A stretch of 64,000 nt of DNA. It comes from Catajapyx aquilonaris. Its lineage: Eukaryota. Below the pieces are notes generated by a model that did no database searches, was not told the DNA's origin, and worked only from the letters and a program-made list of their open reading frames with translations. Location: assembly GCA_000934665.2 (NCBI GenBank), contig KZ538047.1, positions 62,001 through 126,000 on the forward strand, given 5' to 3'. Made by a program: the position numbers and the translations under genes. Position 1 is the first letter of the stretch. Each line of letters opens with the position of its first letter. Below, piece after piece: positions 42,523 to 53,600 of this stretch.

Positions 42523-42566
<44 letters not shown>
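42523..42566. repeat. (AC)22 microsatellite about 230 bp upstream of the 42799 exon
   Basis: Read directly from the sequence. Confidence 0.97.
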
Positions 42567-42570
<4 letters not shown>

Positions 42571-42798
42571 GCTCCGACACATTTTAGCTTGTGCCTCCGC
42601 ACAAATCGGACACTCGCAAAAAGTCTGCTGCATCACATGACACGTCAGTTGCTTTTGTCAGCCAGTCGTGGTTTCACCAAGTAATCGGGGTTGTCACACG
42701 TCCCGCATGGCCGTCATGTCCACATTGTCGAGGCTATATGCTGGGGGGAAGCAAACAAACACCCTGAATGACAGACTTCTTTTCCTCTGCGTTTATAG

Positions 42799-42977
42799 GA
42801 AAGTCGACTGGGTTGGTGACAACGACGCGACTGACGCACGCGACTCCAGCGGCCCTGTACGCCCATGCAGCCAGTCGTTACTGGGAAGACGACTCCAAGC
42901 TGCCCGGATCTGCCCGTAACGCCTGCAAGGACATAGCCAGGCAGCTCATGGAAGATGAACCGGGACGTAACATCAAT
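42799..42977 (+). CDS. ALP: Alkaline phosphatase coding exon (THATPA Mg site and phosphate-binding Arg)
   Basis: Acceptor ctctgcgtttatag| and donor |gtaagt. Encodes (G)KSTGLVTTTRLTHATPAALYAHAASRYWEDDSKLPGSARNACKDIARQLMEDEPGRNIN. Phase 1 to 0. Confidence 0.97.
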
Positions 42978-43336
42978 GTAAGTGCCTCTCTCTGCAATCG
43001 CCATCTTCTTTTTTTTCTTCTCCAGCTTGGGAGTGCCTCCTTCGGGCCAACGGTAGGTCAGCGGCCTCCCAGTTGCAATCAGAATCGTGACAGTTTTCCT
43101 TCTCATTCCCATCAACCTTGTTTGGTTTCTAAGTCCGTGAGGATGCTTCACCTGCATCAGCAGAAGGGATTGTGGCCACCGGAGTTTGGATGAAAAGTTT
43201 TTATCGCGAGGAAGCACAAAGTTGTAAAGTAAACGTTGCGTAAATATTATTATGGATGCAAAATTTTGTTCTGCCGGTGCTTGTTAGTATCGGTGTGAGT
43301 CTGTAATTTTTAGTGTGCTGCACATTGGGGTTATGT

Positions 43337-43707
43337 TGTAACGGTACGTCGGGGATAGGTGGGAATAACGTACAAGGGTGGGCTAATAACTAGTATATTA
43401 CAATATGATACATAAATACAGTGAGAAGGAATAGGATGGAAGAAAGGAAGAAAGGACCTGATCAGGCAAAGGATAGGATGAAAGAGGGTCGAGCCCACCA
43501 GTCCAACTCCTATTTATGGAGTACTTCTCTGTGGGGGTCAAGGTAGGGAGTGTTGGAAGAAGGGTAGCAAGAAGGACGCGGGTTCATGACCCGATAAGTC
43601 TATGGAGGAGAGGAGAGAGTGAGCTGGACAGGAAGGGACTAATTAGCAGGAGGGGGAAGGTGGGTGGTGAGTAAGGACCGGTATAATGTGAGAGGTTCAC
43701 GTTTACA
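43337..43707 (-). mobile_element. Possible solo LTR remnant
   Basis: The termini are tgtaa...ttaca and the interior is strongly strand-asymmetric (purine-rich on +). On the minus strand a TATA-like ataaata (43511-43517) is followed by a CT-rich tract and then an AT-rich tract. No target-site duplication. Confidence 0.35.
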
Positions 43708-46621
43708 ACCCATTAACGTTGCTTGTTACAAAAATGAGCTATTGTTCGGCTATTTTTATGGTATGGCTGACAAATTTCTGTAAAAGCATTTACAGGGTGT
43801 TTTGTGCGTTAATATTCTTGGGTAAGTACTTTTGGGCTGTACTGTACATCGCCTCGTGTGTACATTAGCAGAGGCTTCTCTCTCCCTGAATTGCGAGCCT
43901 GCAATGTGAGACACGTCCTCTTAAACGGGAGTGTAAGGTATCCGAAGCATAACATGTCTTGACGTGGTTTTGGCCATCTCATCTCTAGTGGCAAGATTGC
44001 GCAGTCGTGGGCGTTATTTTTTTTTTCCGTCGTCACCTTCAAAGGAAAAGTAGCTCGCTTTTGCGGATGACATCCAGGTCACTTACCCGCATCCCCCCTC
44101 TTGTGTTTTCTGCAACCTAGTTAGAGGTGCCCAACACGAACATTTTCTACTCTTTCGCTGTTTCAGCTGAGATCGCAGCAGAAGGGATGCTGTGGGAGAA
44201 GAATCAGCAGGGACAAAAGAGAGAGGGTATGAGGAAGGAGAAAAAAAAAGAAGTTTTAAGACCTTTTCTCGAGCAGTGGCACAGGACGATGTTTACTCCA
44301 GGGAGGGCTCCATCTCAGTTCTCGTAATCTAGATCCCAGAATAAACAAGAAGACTTTTTATTCTTTCCAAGCATCACGACCGCAGACGAGGAATGAAAGG
44401 ACCCCGTGCACTTGTTGCCTGAAGGAGGTGACTGTTCATGCATGATAATAGGACGCATCTCCTAGATTTCCCCCCCCCCCTTTTCGGAGATGAACATGAG
44501 CGAACAGACGGAAAACGAAAAGCTTTTCAAATGGAGAAGGTAGTCTGGCCACAGAAGATTTTTTCCTCCCAAAAAAAGAGAGAGAAAAAAAGTTATTACT
44601 CTTATGGAAGTTAGCGGTGAAGGAAGATGCTGTTCGAAGGCCTGTCCTAATGCCAGGTTGTAATTATCAATTTGCCAGGAGCTGCTTCTGTGATATAATG
44701 CTTCCGGAAATACTTTACACAAGTTTAATACACTTACTTATTAATGGGCAAAATAAATTACATTGCACCTGCCGCAATTTGTTTTCTTACCGAATTAGCA
44801 CATTGGATATGTAAACAGCATTTTGCAATTGTCTGGGTCGACTATGTGGATAATTCATGACGCTGTAGTTGTGTTGCATTCATTTAAAAAAAGTATGCAG
44901 TTACATGGAGTGAATTCATATGCGGACCATTGATGCCCCCCGGAGCATTCATCTCGCTTTTCCTCTATAAAATATTATTTGTTGAACATGTTGAGTTACC
45001 GCAACATAGCGCGTGTAGGCCGCTAAATGTGCCAGTAAATGAGTGGATTGGTTCCAAAAAAAGAGATGATAAAACGCGAAAATAGTGTTTACAACCATCA
45101 CTCAAAGTTGAAAATTTTTGTCCCCACTGACGCATTTTGATTGTTCTGCACAAAAAAAGATATAATTGCCGATCACCGGGTGGTAATTGGCGTAATGAAC
45201 CTTTTGCACTGAAAAAGCAGGGTTGGGGATCAAATCCTGTTACGTTTATAATTTTGATATTTAGCCACCTTAACGTTCACAGCACTGTGCATTTTCATGT
45301 GAAGGCCACTGGGTTAAAGGTCCTGCTGCATTGATGGAATGAAATACTGTCATTTTTAATTTAATTGCGTATCGTTGTAGTTGTCAGCACAAATCACTGT
45401 CCAGTATTTGTTGCCACCAATAAACGTGTAAGTGCTCCCAACAAAGCAGCTGACAAGTGGCAGCATGTGTTACGAGGCACACACAGGCCTTGTTTTAATT
45501 TATGGGCCTCCACACACACCCACAAACTGAGCTTGTCAATTTCCTTGATTTCCACTAGTGTTACACCCCCGGATTGTGGAGAGTACCACTTGCTGGGCAC
45601 GACCTACCGCACAAAATAATAACTCACGCTAGAAGTGCGGCCATTGCAATCGAGCTGTGGGGTTCCCCACTCTTATTGACACCAGTCCTTTCTCCTGGAA
45701 ATAGTAACCATCCAACCGCAACCTATGATGCCAATTTTGTGGTGGGTCCGGATTTGCTTCCTTCTCAGGGCCACTTAACAATAAAAAAAAGTACGAAGTC
45801 AGGACCTCGGTTCTAGTTCTGGTCACGCTGGTTTCGCTACAGTAAATCGTCCATATAAGCAGCAGCTTGCTCGACTCAACTGCAATGCCACTTGAAGATT
45901 CCGGACCTATCATCAAGGAAATTATGTGGCTGTTCGCCCACAGGCTTTGCGCTCCATACTCCTTCTCTCTCTCTCTCCAGGTTTTGGAGCACTCTTGCTC
46001 CAGCTCCCAAGCATTATTCCACCAATTGTGTGGAAACCACGCTTGATGCACCGAGCGAGTTGGCTGGTTTCTAGTCTAGCGGACGGAATTTTATTAGCGG
46101 TTGCTGTGAGCTAAGCAGGATAGCAAAGGACGGTGTTTTCTTGGGGAGTCCTTAGCTTACTAGGATATGTCCAAGAATTTAATTCAAACATTTCTACAAT
46201 TTAAAAAATTATTGGCACAAATTAATAAAATCATGATGAACCTGTCATTAAACATACAGGAACAACAGGGGGTTATTAATATTTCCTAACTATCACTTGG
46301 GAGCAGTCCACAATGTGCACAAAATTATGACAGGCCTGTTTGTTGGAAGTTTAATGAGTACAAAAACACTATTTATAACGAACATGCCACTAAAAGTTTC
46401 AAGAACCAAACGTTGGTTAAAAAGTCATGTAATTGCAAATGGGATTTGCCGGGGGAATCCGCTTGTGTCTGATCTACCCACGTGTTAATTACGCTCGCTA
46501 ATTATATATAGTAAATAACAATGATATAACTGCGACTGACTGATTGCCGCTAAGTCTCCACATGTGACGAATCATGATTAATGCAAACCAGATCATTCAT
46601 GCTCCGCCCCCCCCCCCCCCC

Positions 46622-46931
46622 NNNNNNNNNNNNNNNNNNNNNNNNNNNNNNNNNNNNNNNNNNNNNNNNNNNNNNNNNNNNNNNNNNNNNNNNNNNNNNN
46701 NNNNNNNNNNNNNNNNNNNNNNNNNNNNNNNNNNNNNNNNNNNNNNNNNNNNNNNNNNNNNNNNNNNNNNNNNNNNNNNNNNNNNNNNNNNNNNNNNNNN
46801 NNNNNNNNNNNNNNNNNNNNNNNNNNNNNNNNNNNNNNNNNNNNNNNNNNNNNNNNNNNNNNNNNNNNNNNNNNNNNNNNNNNNNNNNNNNNNNNNNNNN
46901 NNNNNNNNNNNNNNNNNNNNNNNNNNNNNNN
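46622..46931. other. Assembly gap (310 N)
   Basis: N run flanked by C15 on the left and G12 on the right. Confidence 0.99.
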
Positions 46932-48647
46932 NGGGGGGGGGGGCGCCCCTGGAGTGGACATGCTCCAGCAGCAACTAATGGAGCTGGGTAGACCAACCCT
47001 TGTTTGCGACAGGACCGGACCCGTTTCCCAATTTTCCGGCCAATGGTGTGATGGGTCTTGCGGGTTGCATGGACAGGGTGAGTCAAAACTGCAGGCCAGA
47101 TTGGCCCCCCCAAAAAATTATGAAGTTCCTTAAACGGAAAGGGAGCCTGCGCTCTAGTTACACCCTGTACATAAGACGAGAATTGGTCACCGTGCAATTT
47201 ACCAGACCGTGTGTTTAGTTTTGTAATGGCGACCGCCGAAGTCGCCACCAGCAGCCATTACGGGCTCAGACCACAGGCCCCGGGGAGCAGTGATTCGGAC
47301 AGGAAGGATAAATAAGCAGAGGAAAGGCCGGAAATGCCCAAGTTCACGGGCAAAACACCTCCTTTTTTGAGGAGACCTCTTTTCGTTTCTCGCACTTGGC
47401 AGCCTCGTAAAAAGTGGGTTGGCCGTTTGATAATGAGGGCTTGATTTGGCGTGTTTTAGGACGAGCTGGTTGTAAACCGGAGGCACTTTTAGCTGTGAAA
47501 GGAATGAGGGTCCCGGTGGAAAATCAATGCTCGGACATGTATGTAATGGCGTGTTTTCCCCTGCGCTTTATGCGGACCAGTGAGCAAGATCATAAAACCA
47601 TGATCCTAATACAACCACAAAAATATAGTAAAGACATTTTGTACACAAAAATATGCAGAAAATATCCGCTGTAATATTTGCCCGCTGCTTTTCTGAAGCC
47701 AGTCAACAGAGCTGGGGGAAAAAAAATTCGGATGCAATAATTCCAGAGCTATTAACCTTTTTTTTGTAGGGCTATGTCGGAAGAGGCAAACGACCCGGGG
47801 TCCTGCACAATACAGGAAACGTAGATACCGTGGAGCGGAAATAGGCCCGCAGAGCGTTGCAAATTCTGGCTCCTTCACAATCAGATTAGGAAATAAGGAT
47901 TGAAGACTCGCATGTGCACTTCTTCAGAAACGATGCCTGGGAAAACCGCTCCCAAGGTGCTCGTGTTCTTTTCGCTGCAACACGCTTACATGTCAGCCCG
48001 GCCCTCCTATTTACACCTATAAGGCTTCCCAAATCCGACAATGGGTTTGGGTATGTTTTTTTTAAAGCCTTAAAATGGACCCAGCTTGCAGGTCCTTTTT
48101 TTCGTGCGTTTCGTGAGGTCTAATCTTCTTGGCGATTTGCTGAAAAGTGCTCTGAATGTTCTGCTACGCTGATTTTTTTTTGAGTGGAATCCTTTGCATT
48201 GTATAAATGGGCACGTAAATGTATTACTTGTACATTTGTTTTGTTATTTCGGCGGTATATGAGCTGTGCAAAATCCTATTCTTACTGCTTCAGTTATGGT
48301 GTGTAATATATTGCATTTATTAGCGTTATCCCGGGGAGTCTTGGTAAAAAAACTCCATTACTGATAACAAATAACGGACATCTACCACGATGAAAAGTGG
48401 AGCGGAAATGTGAAGTATAACCCTGATGTTTTTTATCAGCTACGTTTGTGATTATTTATCATAACTTTTATTGCCAAATGTGAGCGTTGTAGTTGGTCCA
48501 AATCATGGCAGAATATAAATGTGTACAACCCACACCCTAACTACTCAAAAAAATAGGCATGTCCTAAATATTGCGACCTTTGTGGTTAAGCAATACATGG
48601 CAGGGGTTCAAAAGAGGATTTCTTGTGTACCTCACTGTACCCACCAT

Positions 48648-48696
48648 TCTGATTGGTGAAGCATAGGCCCCACAACCCTCTGCTCCACCAATCAGA
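48648..48696. other. Inverted repeat (hairpin) with 20-bp arms and a 9-nt loop
   Basis: tctgattggtgaagcatagg (48648-48667) pairs with cctctgctccaccaatcaga (48677-48696) at 18 of 20 positions. Confidence 0.85.
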
Positions 48697-48854
48697 TCGC
48701 TTAATTAATTATTAATTAATTAATTAAGGTGTCTGGAGGGGGCAGAGGTCGCCGCCTACTTTTTGAGAGTTACGACTGTGGTATATTTCTGGATTTCTGT
48801 GCGCTGTATGATTCGTATGATTGAGTGTTATTGTGTGACCCTCTCGATTCACAG

Positions 48855-49062
48855 GTCCTTCTGGGTGGTGGCAGACGTCACCTTCTTCCGAGGGGCACCC
48901 GTGACCCGGAGCACGCCCAAGAGGAGGGTCGAAGGCAAGACGGTCGCAACCTGATCGACGACTGGATAAAGGACAAAAAGCGTCGTGGTCTTCCGGCCGA
49001 GTACGTGTGGAACAAAGGCCAGTTCGACCGAGTGAGTGCCCAGAACGTGGACTACCTCCTGG
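48855..49062 (+). CDS. ALP: Alkaline phosphatase coding exon (VLLGGG ... DGRNLI ... DYLLG)
   Basis: Acceptor ctctcgattcacag| and donor |gtaagt. Encodes VLLGGGRRHLLPRGTRDPEHAQEEGRRQDGRNLIDDWIKDKKRRGLPAEYVWNKGQFDRVSAQNVDYLL(G). Phase 0 to 1. Confidence 0.97.
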
Positions 49063-50485
49063 GTAAGTCAGATACGTCCGTTCCCTTCATTAAATCCGAG
49101 CCTCCTTTAACGCCGCTCATTAGCTAACGAGCCAAACGGAAATTGTGTGCGGTAGTAATAGTAAGGGGTATAGTAGAGTCTATAGTCCGCGGCGGTTTAT
49201 CTTATCTGTCAAGGGTTTTAGTGCAGCTTATTCGATATGGACTTGGCATCCGTAAGTACACAGCCTTGTTATGCGCAATCCCCGCTCAAGTGTGGCCTTT
49301 GGGCTAAGCGACGAAACAAGAGACTTGGGCATCTCGCCCAAGATCATTGCACAGACGAGGTACGACGTCTGTTGCTTACGAAGGACCCGATTTCGTAGCG
49401 GAACAAAGATAATCCCAGCGAGGCGCCTCTGGGACCCACAAAATTAAGGAAAAGAAATGTCCAAATCTGCCGGAATTGCCTAGGGAAAAGCAAAGGGTGT
49501 TCTTGCTTGGCTGCTGGAAGAGGAAAAAAAGAATGCTGGCCATTTTGCCCTGAATTAGTGGGGGCTATATGGAACGCACCCTAATGGACGAAATTAGCCT
49601 TCCATTTATCTCCTCGCCTAAGCGCCAACGGGGTAAATATGAGCAGCAAAGTATTGGCCTATCCTTTGCAATGAAAATAAAGCTTGGTGTAACTGCGAAA
49701 CAAGGATTTCAGAAAACGGGGTATTAAGACGTGCAAGGAGGCAAATGGCACCCGAAATTGTTTGAGTGGGGGAACATTCATTGCGTTGGACACACATTTA
49801 TTGTATGTTACACTAACTGATTCGCAGTGGTTTATGGGGTTGCACATCAATAATAATCTATCCATTGATAGATATAATTACCAGTGGTTTATCAGTGAGG
49901 TAGATAATTCGTGTCATATTAATGAGATTCATTAGCATGTAATTGTCCAGAATAGGTAAAATAAATAATTTGGTTTCGCCGCAATATATAATATATTGTG
50001 ACGCTCTCTACCTCATTTTTCATTAATTATTTGTGACATACATACCAGCAATCTCTTTTATGCGTGGTCCCTTGACACTGCCGGCTTTGCAAACAGGTGC
50101 TTTGTATAGGTTCTTTATGTATACCATAAACTAGCTATGAATAATTATCGCAATGTAATCTTGCGCATGCATGGACGTAATGCATGGGTTGTAGCAGCAA
50201 TCATGGTCAGCCTTATATTGGAACACCTAAAAATGTTGTATTGATCTGTTCTGATTGGTGTTTTGGAGCTGCGGGGAAATATTTCCATCGTGTAGAGTTA
50301 TTTGGAAAATTACGTACATATTTTATCCGAATCCCAAATGATTTTTTTTGCAGCTTTTCTGAAATTTGGCGCTTAGTATTGTTCATGGTTAACTATAATT
50401 TCTCCGATAGGGATGAAAAGATCATGTTTGAAATTTACGTAAAAGTGTGAATTTCGCAATGTACACAGACTTACAGTATGTGGAA

Positions 50486-50664
50486 AAATCAATCCATATT
50501 AGCATACATTTTGATGAGGATTATCTCTTGAGTTTCCCAACCTTGTCAGGTTTATAAAAAAACCTGTTTTAATAAATCAATCCATATTAGCATACATTTC
50601 GAAGGATTATCTCTTGAGTTTCCCAACCTTGTCAGGTTTATTTTAAAAAAAACCCTGTTTTAAT
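50486..50664. repeat. Two-copy tandem duplication of an approximately 88-bp unit
   Basis: The unit aaatcaatccatattagcatacattt...ggattatctcttgagtttcccaaccttgtcaggtttat...cctgttttaat occurs at 50486-50573 and again at 50574-50664, with a few small differences. Confidence 0.93.
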
Positions 50665-53600
50665 TGTCCGTTGTCCTTGTTACATCAGGAATTCCAACTC
50701 TCCCATTTATGCCCCATCGTCCCCCTTCCCCCCCCCCCAAAAAAAGTAGCTACTGATGTAACTATAAAACCAAAACGACCGATGTATGGCACGATTCTTC
50801 ATTCAATCCGGTGGAATGAGCCGATGTGGGTCCATGAATAATATTTATGAGGTGCCAGAGTGGAGATGTAATATAATTCATAAATGCATAATGACGCTAT
50901 GAAGTGTATTGCCCTGTATACAAATTGATCACCCGGCCTGTCCTAATCGGGGGTGGAGGTAATTATCGAAATGCGGTGGAGAGAATTTCTAATCCGGAAT
51001 AGAGCCTAGCGGGGTGCTTCCCATGAATATCCATCGAGAGATGAGCAGTCGCAGGGCATGAAATACTCCAAACCCGTATTCAACACCACGTCATCTGAAT
51101 ATCCCCTCCTGCTCGACTAATGACTTAAACGGTACTATACGTGTAATTTTATAGACCGCAAGATCCCGTCGTTCCGGATGAGAAGCGGTGCTGTTCGCCG
51201 GTTTAGTACGTCAGACAACTCTAATGTTATATATATAGGTAGGTGCTGCCTGATACCGGGCCTTTCAATCACCCAAGTGCGCTGGAGGTTATAATGAAAT
51301 TATTTTAGAGCGGGTCCCATTGCGCTCTGCCAGAAATTCTGTCACGATTATGACTTTAATCGAGTTTTGCAAAGGTTCTTCAATGAGCTAACGTCATTAA
51401 TTATTGCCTCTGTCATGGGCGTATAGTGTCAAGTACAAGTGGATGCGGACCGTAAAGTACGTCAGAAAATCCTGACTTTCTGGCCATATTTTCCACCAAA
51501 ATTCAGCAAGTGCCAACGTACCCTAGGTGGCTTTTTTGAACCCTTGACGCTAAACGCATGATATTTATAAGACGGGCACCTTTACCGGAATATATTCTCT
51601 TAATAGTCTCAGGGCGCCAGACTCCGCAATAAAGTAAGCGTCGCCCAAAATACGAGCGATTGTATTAACAAAACAGTGTACTTAACAGTTTTTTTTTCTC
51701 TCTGTGTGTGTCTCCCTGACTGGGCAGAGATAGAGGGGCATGATTCATAATTCTGGCCGTCACGCAAAATGGGCTTGATCTTAGCATTTTGGCGCAGGAG
51801 ACCCCGGGAGCTCGCATTATCTGCGCTTGCCGGCTGAGTCTAAACTGCCCTGGAAACTCATCCTCTTTTCAGCAGCGATCCAAGAGAAAGTGGCGTAGGC
51901 TATACTAACAGTCGACTCTGTCCCAAGGTAGGATCCGTCAATAGATTGGCTGCTGCTGGGACCAGCATCATTATTCTGCGACTCCCTTGCCGACGCCTCT
52001 CCCCAACTGCGATCGAGTCCCAGGCACTATTTATTACCTTTCCGCGTCACAAGGCCTTGCCTTTTCTCTTTTCCAACGGAGTCTTTTTTTTTCTTCTTCC
52101 TCCAAAACTCTTTTTGTGTCTCTTCGGAGATTGCAGATTCGGCAGAAAATCGCAACGAGGAAAACAACACTATAGTGGCGACGGTGGTATAATTTACACG
52201 GTGTTTTCAAGCAAAACTGTTTCTGAGCATCATGGGATCATTTTATGTAAGAATCCTTATGAAACACCCTATATATGTGCCTATACTTCTGATGCGACAT
52301 AGCTTCAGAATCTTTCTGGGTCTGCTGTACGCGTACTAAGCCTGTTCAATTAGAGTTGTACTTTACGCGCTGCTTTCCCTTCCCTGGATAATCTGCCCAA
52401 TTTGCTGCACTGGAATAACGCCTGCTGATAATAATTCAGCCCATTTGAAGTTACCCGGAGAGTTCGTTGATTTGATTTCACATTATGCAGACTGCTAATA
52501 ATATTCGACGTGCGTACAGGGAATTTCCAAAGTTATCTTTGGTAGAAAGGCGTCATACACCTCCAGTCCTTCTACCCAAAGATTAAACTTAAACGAATAT
52601 TGGTGGTGGTGCCTCCCGAATCACTGCTGCCCATTTCGCCCAATGTTCCATATGGATTAATTGTTGCGTCCGGAAAATGTTTCATTCATTGACGCTGCAG
52701 ATGGCATGTTACCCAAGTGCAAATGAGGATATAATGCTAGCTAACACCCAACATCTGACAATAATACGTGAATAGCTAATCACTGATGGATCAGATGTAA
52801 ATCCGGGGCGCGACCAACAATGAGCATTCAGCCACTGATTACCCTGAGTTTTTTTTGTGTGTGCGTGTGTGCGGAACGAGTTAAAGAGTCGTATATGCCA
52901 GTTGCAATGCCAAGTATCGGTGTGGTGTCTGGTGCCTTTTTTTGACAGTCGTGATCAAAAATTCAATTACAGTGGGACTCAAATATTACCAAATTTTTGT
53001 GGCATAATTTATTTGATGCCCGTATACATATCGTTCATCTCCGTCTCCCGTTTGGCTCATAGTAATAGTGTAGCCTGTTTAACTCGAGTGTGCCAGATAT
53101 TACGCCATTCCGCCCGTGTGGATTATGTTAGATAAGATTCATTGCAGGCGAAGAGAAATAAGATGAGAACTTTATTGTTCCTTTCAATTCTTTCGTTCCA
53201 GTTTATGAGTTTTCGGAATAGTCCTTTAACCAGACTTACAACGCTGTAAGAGTTTCCTACACAGAAGTCGTCATGCTGTATTGCAGCTAAAATGGCACGG
53301 GTTATCAAGAAAAGCGGTGCTGCAGATGGAACATAATTTTGCCTTCCAGTGTTAGTAATAAAATAATGTGGCTTAGGATATAGGCCTTGTTGCACTATAT
53401 TTTGTCCATTTTTTTTGCTAGATCAACATTAACCGTCTAATACCACTGAACGTGTCATGTATCCACAAGGGAGAGTACCTCTTTTTTTAAGTACCGGAAC
53501 ACTCTCTAACTAAGCGGAATGTGATGAACTTCCCCTCGTCAAACTATTTCCGACGCAAAGGTCCCAATCGGATCGAAGGCGAAAGTGCGTTTCATGCTGC

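Noticed and set aside
43791..47170. Tc1/mariner element bounded by tacagggtgt ... acaccctgta
   Set aside because: Only about 10 bp of inverted match and no transposase remnants between the ends. Similar short motifs also occur unpaired elsewhere (about 4177, 26023, 31228, 63724).
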